A stretch of DNA of 64,000 nt. Source: an uncultured Halobacteriales archaeon (GTDB lineage: Archaea > Halobacteriota > Halobacteria > Halobacteriales > Haloarculaceae). The stretch is from NCBI GenBank assembly GCA_964520075.1, contig CAZFMN010000002.1, positions 7,253 through 71,252 of the forward strand, given 5' to 3'. Under the pieces are notes generated by a model, which did no database searches, was not told the DNA's origin, and was given only the letters and a program-made list of their open reading frames with translations. The translations under genes were made by a program, and so were the position numbers. Below are positions 39,014-48,946 of the stretch, piece by piece (the stretch's first letter is position 1; every line of letters starts with the position of its first letter).

Positions 39014-39772
39014 ATGAGTTACGAACTCGATGACATCGACAGGCGAATCCTCTACAGGCTTATGGAGGACGCCCGTCACACATCGGCAACAGAACTGGCT
39101 GACGAACTCGACGTATCAGACGGGACCATCCACAACAGAATCAACCAACTCGAAGACTCGGGGATAATCAGGGGCTACCGGGCGATAGTCAACTTCGAGC
39201 GTGCCGGCGGACATCTAGTGGGTATCTACCTGTGTACCGTGCCAGCCGCCGACCGTGAACGCCTCGCGATGGCCGCCCGCTCGATTCCGCGTGTGGTGGA
39301 TGTCCGGGTACTGATGGCCGGCAAGCGGGACCTCCAAGTCGTCGCTGTCGGCGAGAGAACGGAGGACCTGCGCAACATCGCCCGGGAACTGTCGGCGCTC
39401 GATATCAGCATCGAGGACGAAGAACTGGTCCAGACCGAACTGTGGAGCCCGTACGAGCCGTTTGGTCCAGACGACAGCGACAGTCCAGTCGAGAGTGTAA
39501 ACACGTTTTCACTCTCGAATGGCACCGACATTCTCGAGGTCGTCGTCGAGAGCAATGCACCTATCGCCGGCCACTCGATTACCGAGGCCCGTGACGCCGG
39601 GTACCTCTCCCCCGGCACGACCGTCCTGCTGGTCGGACGTGGCGGCGAGACAATCGAACCGGAACCGGACCAGACGACACTGCTCCGCGAAGGCGACGTG
39701 GTCACGATTATGCCCGCGGACGACCAGACTGACGCCGTTCGGCCGTTCTCGCAGACCGTGGTGTCTGACTGA
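39014..39772 (+). CDS. Lrp/AsnC family regulator with C-terminal TrkA-C domain
   Basis: LDDIDRRIL...TIHNRINQLEDSGIIRGY; C-terminal APIAGHSI...LREGDVVTI. Confidence 0.9.
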   Translation: MSYELDDIDRRILYRLMEDARHTSATELADELDVSDGTIHNRINQLEDSGIIRGYRAIVNFERAGGHLVGIYLCTVPAADRERLAMAARSIPRVVDVRVLMAGKRDLQVVAVGERTEDLRNIARELSALDISIEDEELVQTELWSPYEPFGPDDSDSPVESVNTFSLSNGTDILEVVVESNAPIAGHSITEARDAGYLSPGTTVLLVGRGGETIEPEPDQTTLLREGDVVTIMPADDQTDAVRPFSQTVVSD

Positions 39773-39932
39773 GGACATCCCGCGAGCGCGCCGTAATCCC
39801 GTTTGACCGACCACCGTCGACGCGCTCCTCGGGCTGTCCGGTTCGACAGACCACTGTCGACACGCCCAGAGTCTAACAACGGGACGGTGAGTGTGTGTTC
39901 AGCCCGCGAGTGGTCACCCGCTGTCTGTGGGG

Positions 39933-40700
39933 TCAGGAATCGGAGAGTGACTCCGCGAGTTCCGGTGGCCCGGCGTACTCGACTGTTTCGATATCGTCAT
40001 TTCTCCGTACTAACCCGGCGTCGACGAGTTCCGGCAGTACCTCCGTTTCGAGCATTCGATCGACGGTCTGTGTCTCGCTCGGAAACACCCCCACGTCTTC
40101 GGCGGACAGTTTCACTGCCAGTGCGGCAGGGGGCAGTTCGCTGGTTGTGGTCTTGGCGAGCTGTTCGACTACGGCCAGGCGGCGGTTGATTCGCTCGCTG
40201 TCGTCATCGAGTGCGGCGGTGAGGGCGTACGCGTCTACTACCGGTGTCTCGTCACCGGTGTTGGCGCGAACTGCCGACTGTCGTGTGATACCGTACCCGA
40301 CACCGGCGACTAACCCGACGAGCGCCAACTCCTCGAACAGAAACATCCTGTCGGCAACAACACCGTCTCGCAGCACCTGATGCGCGTAGACTGCTCCGGC
40401 CACCCCGACGGAACTGAGCAGTCCGGCAGCACTCCACCCGAAGATTGCCCAGAGATCCGTGGCGCTGTACTGGCTCTGGACGAGTGAGTACGAGGTGGCC
40501 ACGACAGCGGCCGACAGCACGGCGACGATACCGATCTCAGTGCGTCTGATGAGTTGTGAGTACGGATGCTCGGTCACAAACGGGTGCTCGATGAGGTACG
40601 CTATCGCGACCGCACCGAGCAGTACACCGACCACCGCCAGCAGTCCCATCGGAAGTTGGCGGCTCGTTCCTCCGAACTCCCGCGACCATCGTGTTGCCAT
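39933..40700 (-). CDS. Membrane protein with C-terminal wHTH-like domain
   Basis: Four TM helices then RRLAVVEQL...VLPELVDAGLV..VEY. Confidence 0.65.
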   Translation of the reverse strand: MATRWSREFGGTSRQLPMGLLAVVGVLLGAVAIAYLIEHPFVTEHPYSQLIRRTEIGIVAVLSAAVVATSYSLVQSQYSATDLWAIFGWSAAGLLSSVGVAGAVYAHQVLRDGVVADRMFLFEELALVGLVAGVGYGITRQSAVRANTGDETPVVDAYALTAALDDDSERINRRLAVVEQLAKTTTSELPPAALAVKLSAEDVGVFPSETQTVDRMLETEVLPELVDAGLVRRNDDIETVEYAGPPELAESLSDS

Positions 40701-40807
40701 CTGTCTACCAGATGTTATCGGGCCGATTGTAATAAATCTATTCCTACCGACTCAGAATTAGACTACCGTAATTGATTTAAATAGTTGAATGCATATGGTG
40801 AATCGAG

Positions 40808-42199
40808 ATGGTAAGCCACGACCTCGACCGAAGTCTGGGTCTCTACCCGACGATGATGATCAGTATGGGAGCGATGATTGGCAGTGGGATATTCGTGTTA
40901 CCGGCACTCGGGTTCAAGAAGGCCGGACCGGCGGTGATTCTCGCGTACGTGCTGTCGGCGCTGGTCGTCCTCCCGGCGGCGCTGTCGAAAGCCGAGATGG
41001 CGACAGCGATGCCACAGGCCGGTGGCACGTACCTGTACATCGACCGGGCACTCGGGCCGCTGTTCGGTACCATCGCGGGTATCGGCTCCTGGTTCTCCCT
41101 GACGTTCAAGTCGGCGTTCGCGCTGGCCGGACTCGGCGCGTACCTCCTCGTCCCGAGTGTTATCCCCATCGGAGAGGGGTTGCTCACGTCTGTGAGCCTC
41201 GCACTCGCCGGGGCCGTCATCGTGCTGAACATCTCCGGAACGGAACTCAGCGGTCGGGTGCAGGCGGTTATCGTCACGCTCGTGCTGGCCGGACTTGTCG
41301 CGTACACGCTCAACGCGGGCGTCGAGGTCAACACCGGCAGTTACACACCCTTCGCGACCGACGGGTCGGGGGGTGTGATAACGGCGGCAGCGTTCGTGTT
41401 CGTCTCGTTTGCCGGTGTCACGAAGATCGCGAGTATCGCCGAGGAGGTGGAGAATCCGGGCAAGAACCTCCCGCGAGCGATTCTCGGCTCGATGGCGATC
41501 ATGACACTCGTGTACATCGCCGTTGTCGCTGCGATTGTCGGACTGGCCGACGCGGAGACGTTGAAAAAAGGTGGGCCCGGTGGTGATAGCGCGTCGCTCA
41601 CACCGATGGCAGACGGTGCCGATGCCCTGTTCGGTGGGGCCGGCGTGCTGATCATCTCCGTCATCGCGGTGGTGGCGCTGACGAGCATGGCAAACGCGGG
41701 CGTGCTGTCGACCTCGCGGTTCCCGCTGGCGATGAGCCGTGACAATCTCCTCCCGCCACAGCTCGATACAATCGACGAACGCTTCGGGACGCCGCGAAAC
41801 TCGGTGTTGCTCACCGGCGCCGTTCTCCTGTTCCTGATTGCGTTCGTGCCGGTTATCGAACTCGCGAAACTGGCGAGCGCGTTCAAGATTCTGGTCTTCT
41901 CCATCGCGAACGTCGCTCTGATCGCCTTTCGCGAGGCAGACGTTCCCGAGTACGACCCCGAGTGGACCACCCCCGGGTACCCGTACGTGCAGGTGTTCGG
42001 TGTCGTCGCAGGTCTCGGGTTGCTCACTCAGATGCCCGGGCTCCCGCTTCTCGGTGCCATCGGCATCGTTATCGGCAGCGTGGTGATCTACCTCGTCTAC
42101 GGTCGGCCCCGGACAGAGCGAACGGGCGCTATCGGGACCATCATTCACAACCGTCGTGGACAGTCCGACGACGGACTCGCCCCAACGGATACGGACTAA
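40808..42199 (+). CDS. APC family amino acid permease (paralogue 1)
   Basis: GAMIGSGIF, AEMATAMPQAGG, AEEVENPGKNLPRA, SRFPLAMSRD. Confidence 0.92.
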   Translation: MVSHDLDRSLGLYPTMMISMGAMIGSGIFVLPALGFKKAGPAVILAYVLSALVVLPAALSKAEMATAMPQAGGTYLYIDRALGPLFGTIAGIGSWFSLTFKSAFALAGLGAYLLVPSVIPIGEGLLTSVSLALAGAVIVLNISGTELSGRVQAVIVTLVLAGLVAYTLNAGVEVNTGSYTPFATDGSGGVITAAAFVFVSFAGVTKIASIAEEVENPGKNLPRAILGSMAIMTLVYIAVVAAIVGLADAETLKKGGPGGDSASLTPMADGADALFGGAGVLIISVIAVVALTSMANAGVLSTSRFPLAMSRDNLLPPQLDTIDERFGTPRNSVLLTGAVLLFLIAFVPVIELAKLASAFKILVFSIANVALIAFREADVPEYDPEWTTPGYPYVQVFGVVAGLGLLTQMPGLPLLGAIGIVIGSVVIYLVYGRPRTERTGAIGTIIHNRRGQSDDGLAPTDTD

Positions 42200-42317
42200 T
42201 CGAAACAGGACAGTCTCTCACGCAGAGATACCGACCAGAAGCGCACAACTGCGTGACCCGTGACACAATCGGTTGCCGGTTTTGTCTGTCTGTCGATACC
42301 TGTGAGCGGTCAGTTAC

Positions 42318-43034
42318 TCAGTCGCGAACCTGTGGCTCGTAGTCACGCCGGACGACCAGCACGGGGTCGTCGGTCCCGTCGACAATCCGGTCGGGGAGCG
42401 ACCCGAACAGAAAGTCTCCAAAGCGCGATTCCGCCTCGTACATCACGACGGCGTCGTACTCGCCGGCGAGTTCTTTTATAATGCTGTCGTGGTCGCTGTC
42501 CTCGACGAGTTTCGAGTCGACCAGGTCGGGGCTGAATCCGGCCTCTATCAACTGTTCGCGCGCCTTCGAGAGGCGCTCGTTTCCGCGCTCGATTGCCTCG
42601 TCCTCGGCAACGTGCAGCAGTGTCACCTCCTGTGTCATGTCGTCGTAGACCAGTCGGACGAGTTCCGGTAACCGGTCGATATCCGCGTCGGGAATCGGCA
42701 CGAGAACGCGGTCCATGCTGTCGGTCTCGGCCGGAATGAGCTCCGCGATGCAGTTTTCCTCTGTGGCGATCTGTTCTATTGCTGCGCTGCGGTCCTTTCC
42801 GAACACGATTCGCGTCGTGACGTCCGCGCCGGCGTCCCGGAACTGTTCGGCGATCTCGGTCATCTCTGTCTGTGCCTCCTCGCCGAACTGCTCGCTTGCA
42901 ACACTCGACGGTGTCTGCTCCGGAAGATTGTAGTGCCCGAGCACGACGACATCGATCGACGCCAGTTCGTCGACGAGATGCTGAGAGAGCGACGCCGCGT
43001 CGGGAAGTTCGAACGGAACCAGCACGCGTGTCAT
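42318..43034 (-). CDS. Universal stress protein (two Usp domains)
   Basis: RVLVP twice, VTLLHV, FGSLPDRI, PVLVVR. Confidence 0.85.
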   Translation of the reverse strand: MTRVLVPFELPDAASLSQHLVDELASIDVVVLGHYNLPEQTPSSVASEQFGEEAQTEMTEIAEQFRDAGADVTTRIVFGKDRSAAIEQIATEENCIAELIPAETDSMDRVLVPIPDADIDRLPELVRLVYDDMTQEVTLLHVAEDEAIERGNERLSKAREQLIEAGFSPDLVDSKLVEDSDHDSIIKELAGEYDAVVMYEAESRFGDFLFGSLPDRIVDGTDDPVLVVRRDYEPQVRD

Positions 43035-43463
43035 ACTGACCCTATCGCGTCGCGGCGGTTAAAACCTGTACGATTGCTTAGCCGGATGAAACAGTTCGGT
43101 CGTCGTCCCGGTCAGCAAAGAAACCCGTCCCGACAGCACCTGTGACGGGGTCACCGGGAACTGTCAGGGCGGGAGACCTCACAGTCCCGTAAGACTGCAC
43201 AGACAACAGATCGCTCGACACGCGGCGTGACTGCTCTGACCGGCGGGCTACAACGACCTGAACTCCCCGGTTGGTCACGACTGCGACAATCGGGTACGCA
43301 CAACGACCCCGGGCCACTCGCCTTGACCGCCTATAAAACCAAAGTAGTGATATGAATAGAGATTATTTAGCTGAATCAGAATAGACTAAGAGAAATCGAT
43401 TTAGATGGCCATAGTATTACAGAACATAGAATACTTAGGTGAGCAACCCATACAGCAGGATAG

Positions 43464-44861
43464 ATGACAGACACCCTCAGACGGAGTTTGGGACTGTATC
43501 CGACACTCATGATCAGCATTGGCGCGATGATCGGAAGCGGGATCTTCGTTCTCCCGGCAATCGGGTTCGACGAGGCGGGTCCGAGTGTCGTAATCGCGTA
43601 TCTCCTGGCCGCACTCGTTGCGTTTCCGGCGGCCCTGTCGAAGGCAGAACTCGGCACCGCGATGCCGGAGTCCGGCGGGGACTACCTCTACATCGAGCGT
43701 GCTCTCGGTCCCTTGGCAGGAACAATCGCTGGCATCGGTGCGTGGTTCTCGCTCGCGTTCAAGAGCGCGTTTGCGCTCGTCGGACTCGGCGCGTATCTTA
43801 CCCTGATAACACCGCTCGGTACAACACAGATTACACTCGTCAGTGTCGGCCTCGCCGTACTGATTGTCACGCTCAACATCCTCGGGACAGAGCTCACCGG
43901 CGAGGCGCAGGCGATTGTCGTCACCGTCGTCGTGCTCGGGCTCGTCGCATACGTCGGAAACACGGTGTGGCTCGCCGGCACCGGAAGCACGACCGCCGAT
44001 CCGTCCCGGTTGTCGGGGTTGACAGACTCCAACCCCGGCACCGTGGTCACGGCCGCTGCGCTCGTGTTCGTCTCGTACGCCGGTGTGACGAAGATTGCGA
44101 GTGTTGCCGAGGAGGTACAGAACCCGGACAAAAATCTCCCGCGTGGAATCCTCGGGTCACTCGGGATTATGTCGGTTGTCTACGTGGGTGTGATCGGGTG
44201 TATCGTGATGCTCAACGACCCGGCAGCGCTGACAGCCGGGACGGGTGGACACGGTGCATCGCTGACACCGATGGCCGACGGTGCCAGCGCGCTGTTCGGC
44301 GGATACGGCACGGCCGTCGTGTCGGTGCTCGCTGTGGTCGCGCTGTTGAGTATGGCAAACGCCGGTGTGCTTTCGTCGTCGCGGTTCCCGCTGGCGATGA
44401 GCCGTGACAACCTGCTGCCCGAGACGTTGCGGACAGTCGACCCCCGGTTCAGCACGCCGCGAAACTCGATTCTGCTGACTGGCGGTGTGCTCGTGGTGCT
44501 CGTCGCGTTCGTACCGGTGGTCACGCTGGCAGAGATGGCCAGCGCGTTTATTATCCTCGTTCTGTCAATTATTAACGTCTCGCTGATCGCGTTTCGGGAG
44601 GCGGATCTCGATGCGTACAGTCCAGCGTTCCGGTCGCCCGGGTACCCGGTGGTGCAGATACTCGGGACTGTTGCCGGTCTCGGGATGATCACACGGTTGG
44701 GTCTGGTACCTGTTCTCGGCGCGGCCGGCATCACAGTCGGTGGTGCGGTAATCTACCTGCTGTACGGGCAGTCCCGTGCCGACCACGACAGCGCACTCGC
44801 CGCGCTCCGGGGCAACACTGAGGATAACTCTCTTGTAATCTCCACGGAGGACGTCAAGTAA
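43464..44861 (+). CDS. APC family amino acid permease (paralogue 2)
   Basis: Collinear with and clearly similar to 40808-42199; same motifs. Confidence 0.92.
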   Translation: MTDTLRRSLGLYPTLMISIGAMIGSGIFVLPAIGFDEAGPSVVIAYLLAALVAFPAALSKAELGTAMPESGGDYLYIERALGPLAGTIAGIGAWFSLAFKSAFALVGLGAYLTLITPLGTTQITLVSVGLAVLIVTLNILGTELTGEAQAIVVTVVVLGLVAYVGNTVWLAGTGSTTADPSRLSGLTDSNPGTVVTAAALVFVSYAGVTKIASVAEEVQNPDKNLPRGILGSLGIMSVVYVGVIGCIVMLNDPAALTAGTGGHGASLTPMADGASALFGGYGTAVVSVLAVVALLSMANAGVLSSSRFPLAMSRDNLLPETLRTVDPRFSTPRNSILLTGGVLVVLVAFVPVVTLAEMASAFIILVLSIINVSLIAFREADLDAYSPAFRSPGYPVVQILGTVAGLGMITRLGLVPVLGAAGITVGGAVIYLLYGQSRADHDSALAALRGNTEDNSLVISTEDVK

Positions 44862-45067
44862 ACGACGCCGGGTTCGGCTCGTTCGACACCTCTCTCGTCA
44901 CGGATATCTCGGGTCTCCAGACCATCTCGAGGTGCTCGGCCTGCCGATCTGCAGACTGCTGTGACACCGGAATCGGCACGAACGGGTGAGTGGGGTGTGC
45001 TCTGTCGTGTTGGTACAGCTACCCGACCGGACAGAAGGCTCTTTTTACGAGCGGCACAAGTAGAGGT

Positions 45068-45352
45068 ATGACTGATTCGGACAAACTCACCCGGTTTCTG
45101 CGTTCTCAGGCGAAGAGCGCGGGTCGACAGTACGAGGAGGCACGCCGGGCGTTCCTGGAGGCCCGCGAGGAAACAACAGCCGAAACCGACGACGGTGACC
45201 TGCCGACGGCCCGCATCGTCTGTCGCCGCCACGCCGAACAGCGGGTAGTGGGCATCGACGAGCAGGGTCGCCCCTCCTGTTTCGAGGCGGGACACCCCGA
45301 CTGCGAGGGCTGTGCCGAGGATGTCCGTGCCGGGCGCATCGAGACGTGGTGA
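45068..45352 (+). CDS. Small hypothetical protein with Cys/His cluster
   Basis: ARIVCRRH...CF..GHPDCEGC..D...IETW; TTTTTA promoter-like box upstream. Confidence 0.75.
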   Translation: MTDSDKLTRFLRSQAKSAGRQYEEARRAFLEAREETTAETDDGDLPTARIVCRRHAEQRVVGIDEQGRPSCFEAGHPDCEGCAEDVRAGRIETW

Positions 45353-45356
45353 CGCG

Positions 45357-45638
45357 ATGAGCGGGGACGGGCTCGCGGGTCTCGGCGAGCAGGAGGGCTG
45401 GCAGGTCGAGGGGCAGGCCGCCCGCGTCCACTACAGCGGTGCGACCGACCGCTACAGCATCGAGTTCTACGCGCCCAGCGAGTGTGTCGTCTACTGGAAG
45501 GTACCGCCGTCCGACGACTCGCACGGGACTGCCGTGCCCGTCGGGCGCGACACGGTGCCGACGCCGCTCCGCGAGCGCATCCGTGAGGACCTCGCCGCCG
45601 CCGATATCGACCCCGGTGTCGAGCGCCGTCACCTGTGA
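45357..45638 (+). CDS. Small hypothetical protein
   Basis: Acidic ORF 4 nt after the previous stop, preceded by SD-like GGTGA. Confidence 0.72.
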   Translation: MSGDGLAGLGEQEGWQVEGQAARVHYSGATDRYSIEFYAPSECVVYWKVPPSDDSHGTAVPVGRDTVPTPLRERIREDLAAADIDPGVERRHL

Positions 45639-45720
45639 GCCCCGACTGCCACCCGACACGGGGGGAGTCTCGCCGTTCGGACCGCGAGGGTTCAAAAGTG
45701 ATGCCGCGCCAGTGGCAGCT

Positions 45721-46353
45721 ATGCGACGCTCACACGACGGCGGTGGACAGCAGAGACGGGACCAGCGGTCACGGGACGGGCAGGCTGGACCGGCCGGCGG
45801 CCGGCAACAGACCGCACCCGGTCCACAGCGGCGGACCCGGGAGGAGGTCCGGCGGGCGCGTGCCCGCCGGCAGACGGGCGGGACGGGCGACAGTCGCCTC
45901 ACGCTCCGGGCGATTGCAGTGGCGTTCGGGCTACACGGCGTGTTGTTGCTGTTCGCGGGGTTCAGGATACTCACAGTCGGCAGTTCGGTTCCGGTTGCCG
46001 GGACGGGGTTCCAGTTGATCGGGCTGGTCATGCTCCTGCTCGGCGGGGCGTACGGCTACGCGGCCTACGGGGTCTGGACGCTGCGGACCCGGGGCTGGCA
46101 GGTCGGGATGTGGCTGGCCGGCGCCGGAGCGTTGCTCGGCCTCACGAGTCTCCTCGCGGGCGGTGTGGCCGCCGGTCTCGTCGGACTCGTATTCAACTGT
46201 CTGCTCGGCTGGGGGCTGCACACGAACAGGGCTCCGTTCCGGAGACGAGGGCAGGGCGCGTGGCGGGGGGACGGGGGAGCGGCGACCGGCCGGGACCAGC
46301 GGCCGGACGAGACAGCCGGTGGGTACGCGAGCGACCGCCGCGGGAGACAGTGA
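45721..46353 (+). CDS. Hypothetical membrane protein
   Basis: Arg/Gln-rich termini around 4 TM helices. Confidence 0.65.
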   Translation: MRRSHDGGGQQRRDQRSRDGQAGPAGGRQQTAPGPQRRTREEVRRARARRQTGGTGDSRLTLRAIAVAFGLHGVLLLFAGFRILTVGSSVPVAGTGFQLIGLVMLLLGGAYGYAAYGVWTLRTRGWQVGMWLAGAGALLGLTSLLAGGVAAGLVGLVFNCLLGWGLHTNRAPFRRRGQGAWRGDGGAATGRDQRPDETAGGYASDRRGRQ

Positions 46354-46417
46354 CCGGGCCACACGGGACCGGTGCTGGCGTCCAGAGGGTTATTATCCCC
46401 GAAACCCAACCGGACCC

Positions 46418-48277
46418 ATGAGCAGTCCAATCGACTACGGGCAGTTCGAGGAGGGGCGTCACTGCAACTACTGGGCGCTCGACAGGGCGATCCAGCGCGA
46501 ACTCGCCCGGGTCTATCCGGAGGATGCGTTCGCGTGGGCCGAACCCCGGCTGTCGGAGTTCGGCGAGGTGGTGGGGCAGGTGATGGCGGACAACGCCGAC
46601 TACGTCGACAGCCACGGGCCGGAGCTGCGGACCTACAACAAACACGGTGAGGTACAGAACCTGGTGGAGTACCCGGCCGAACAGGTCGAGACCGAGCGAC
46701 TGGCCTACGGGGCGGGTGTCGTGTCGGACTCGTTCCGCGCGCCGCCGGGTCGCTCGGAGCCGATGCCGCTGACCCACTATCTCGGGATGCTGTACCTGCT
46801 TGCGTACGCGGAGACCTCCGGCTTTGTCTGTCCGGTCGCAATGACCGCCGGGGCCGCGCTCGTCCTCGAGAGGTTCGGCGACGAGGAACTCGAACCCTAC
46901 TACGAGGGGCTGACGAGTCGGTCCCGGGCAGACCTCGTCGAGGGGGCAATGTTCCTCACCGAGAAACAGGGTGGTAGTGACGTGGGTGCGGCCGAGACGA
47001 CCGCCGAGTACGACGAGGAGGCGGGGTACTGGCGGCTCACCGGCGAGAAGTGGTTCTGCTCGAACATCGACGCCGAGGCGACGCTGGCGCTCGCCCGCAC
47101 CCCCGACGCGCCGGCGGGCACCGCGGGGCTGTCGATGTTCCTGGTGCCACACGGTCACCCCGACGAGGGGGTGCTGACGAAGGGGCGCCGCGAGGCGTTC
47201 GACGGCGCGCCACCGCCGGCGGCGCTGAACGACCAGTACTACCGGCGACTGAAGACCAAACTCGGGACGACCGCCGTCCCGACCGGCGAGGTGGAGTTCG
47301 ACGGGACACCGGCGCTGCTGGTCGGCGAACAGCAGGCGGGGTTCAAGCAGATGGCCGAGATGCTCAATCTGGAGCGGCTCTCGAACGCCGCGGGTGCCTG
47401 TGGGATAATCGGTCGGGCGCTGCTGGAGAGCAAGATACAGGCGGCCGACCGCGACGCGTTCGGCCGGAGTCTCGACGAGTTCCCGCTGATGCGGGCGGAC
47501 CTCGTCGACATGGCCGTCGACCACGAGGCCGCAACCGCGTTCACGTTCGAGGCCGCACGGCTCTTTGCCGAGCGCGAGGCAGCCGAGCGTGACGGCGGGA
47601 CGGCCGACCGGGCGTACCGCCTGATGCGCCTGCTCATCCCGGTCGCGAAGCTCCGGACCGCCCGGATGGCAATCGACACGACCTCCTACGCGATGGAGAT
47701 TCAGGGGGGTAACGGCTACGTCGAGGAGTTCGTCACGAACCGGCTCCTCCGTGACGCGCAGGTGCTCCCCATCTGGGAGGGCACCGAGAACGTCCTCTCG
47801 CTCGACGTGTTGCGCGCGCTGGACCGCGAGCAGGCCCACGAACCGCTCGTCGAGGCGGTCGACGAACACCTCTCGGCGGCCACACATCCGGCGCTCGCCG
47901 ACGCCGTCGACACCGTCGAGTCGGAGTTCCAGGAGCTCACGGCGGCGATGGCCACACTCGCGGGCGGGGACCGTGACTACGCGGAGCTGTCGGCGAAGCG
48001 GCTCGCACACTACATCTTCGACGTGTTCACCGCCGCCCTGTTGCTCGACCAGGCCCAGGACGCGCTCGAGGGTGAGGCCGCGGTCGACTGCGCGGACGGT
48101 GAGCCCGACGGGCGGATGGCGGTCGTCGCCCGGCGGTTCGTCCAGACACACCTCGAGGACCGTGACGCGCGGGGTATCACGGACGGTGACCGGCTGCCGC
48201 TCGAACAGTTCGAGGCTGTCGTCAACTACGCCCCGGTCCCGCCGGCGGAGCTCGTCGAACCGGTCGAGGCCGACTGA
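46418..48277 (+). CDS. Acyl-CoA dehydrogenase (AidB-like subfamily)
   Basis: CPVAMT, MFLTEKQGGSDV, GEKWFCS, GGNGYVE, IWEGTENV. Confidence 0.92.
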   Translation: MSSPIDYGQFEEGRHCNYWALDRAIQRELARVYPEDAFAWAEPRLSEFGEVVGQVMADNADYVDSHGPELRTYNKHGEVQNLVEYPAEQVETERLAYGAGVVSDSFRAPPGRSEPMPLTHYLGMLYLLAYAETSGFVCPVAMTAGAALVLERFGDEELEPYYEGLTSRSRADLVEGAMFLTEKQGGSDVGAAETTAEYDEEAGYWRLTGEKWFCSNIDAEATLALARTPDAPAGTAGLSMFLVPHGHPDEGVLTKGRREAFDGAPPPAALNDQYYRRLKTKLGTTAVPTGEVEFDGTPALLVGEQQAGFKQMAEMLNLERLSNAAGACGIIGRALLESKIQAADRDAFGRSLDEFPLMRADLVDMAVDHEAATAFTFEAARLFAEREAAERDGGTADRAYRLMRLLIPVAKLRTARMAIDTTSYAMEIQGGNGYVEEFVTNRLLRDAQVLPIWEGTENVLSLDVLRALDREQAHEPLVEAVDEHLSAATHPALADAVDTVESEFQELTAAMATLAGGDRDYAELSAKRLAHYIFDVFTAALLLDQAQDALEGEAAVDCADGEPDGRMAVVARRFVQTHLEDRDARGITDGDRLPLEQFEAVVNYAPVPPAELVEPVEAD

Positions 48278-48298
48278 GACGGCCGTCCCGCGGGGTCC

Positions 48299-48727
48299 TC
48301 ACTCGCCGAGCGATTCGGCGATATCGGCGAGCGAGGAGTCGGGCGGTTCGACCGGCTCGTAGAGCACCCGCTCGCCGGGTTCGCGGAGGCCGTATGCGTA
48401 CCCCTCCGTGAGCACGTCCAGCAGGAGCGTGCTGCCGGGGCCGTGACCGCCGTCGTCGAGCCACCCGCCGAGCAGGTCGGTTCCCTCCCCGGTCCGGGCC
48501 AGCCTGCGAGTCCGGCAGGCACGACGGACCGAAGCCTCGCCCCGCAGTGTCGACACCACCTCGGCGTGGGTCCGCGTGCCCGCCAGCGACAGCCGGACGA
48601 TGTCGCCAGGGTCGCAGGACAGCCCCGGCGGGAGCACGAGCTGGGGGCGTCCGGTCGAGCCGACGGCGTCGAGTTCGATTCGGTGTGAGTCGACAACGGG
48701 GTGGTCCGACGGGAGTCGGTCGGTCAC
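48299..48727 (-). CDS. Conserved haloarchaeal-type hypothetical protein
   Basis: Acidic ORF with YGLREPGERVLY...SSLADIA; GTG start after GGAGG. Confidence 0.7.
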   Translation of the reverse strand: MTDRLPSDHPVVDSHRIELDAVGSTGRPQLVLPPGLSCDPGDIVRLSLAGTRTHAEVVSTLRGEASVRRACRTRRLARTGEGTDLLGGWLDDGGHGPGSTLLLDVLTEGYAYGLREPGERVLYEPVEPPDSSLADIAESLGE

Positions 48728-48946
48728 GGTTTTCCTCCGGCGGGTCCGTCAGGTGTCTGGAGCATACCTGCCGAACGGACCCCGGAGTCAAAAGGCTGGT
48801 TCCCGACCACGGGACGATACGCCGCCACGGGCGCGACCCCGACGGGTCGAGCGGACAGCGGCCGGACAGTGGGCAGATCAGTTTCGGGCTGGTGTCGGGA
48901 CGCGTGGCCCCCGCATATTTTGCCCGTCGAGTGCGTACAGGTTCGC

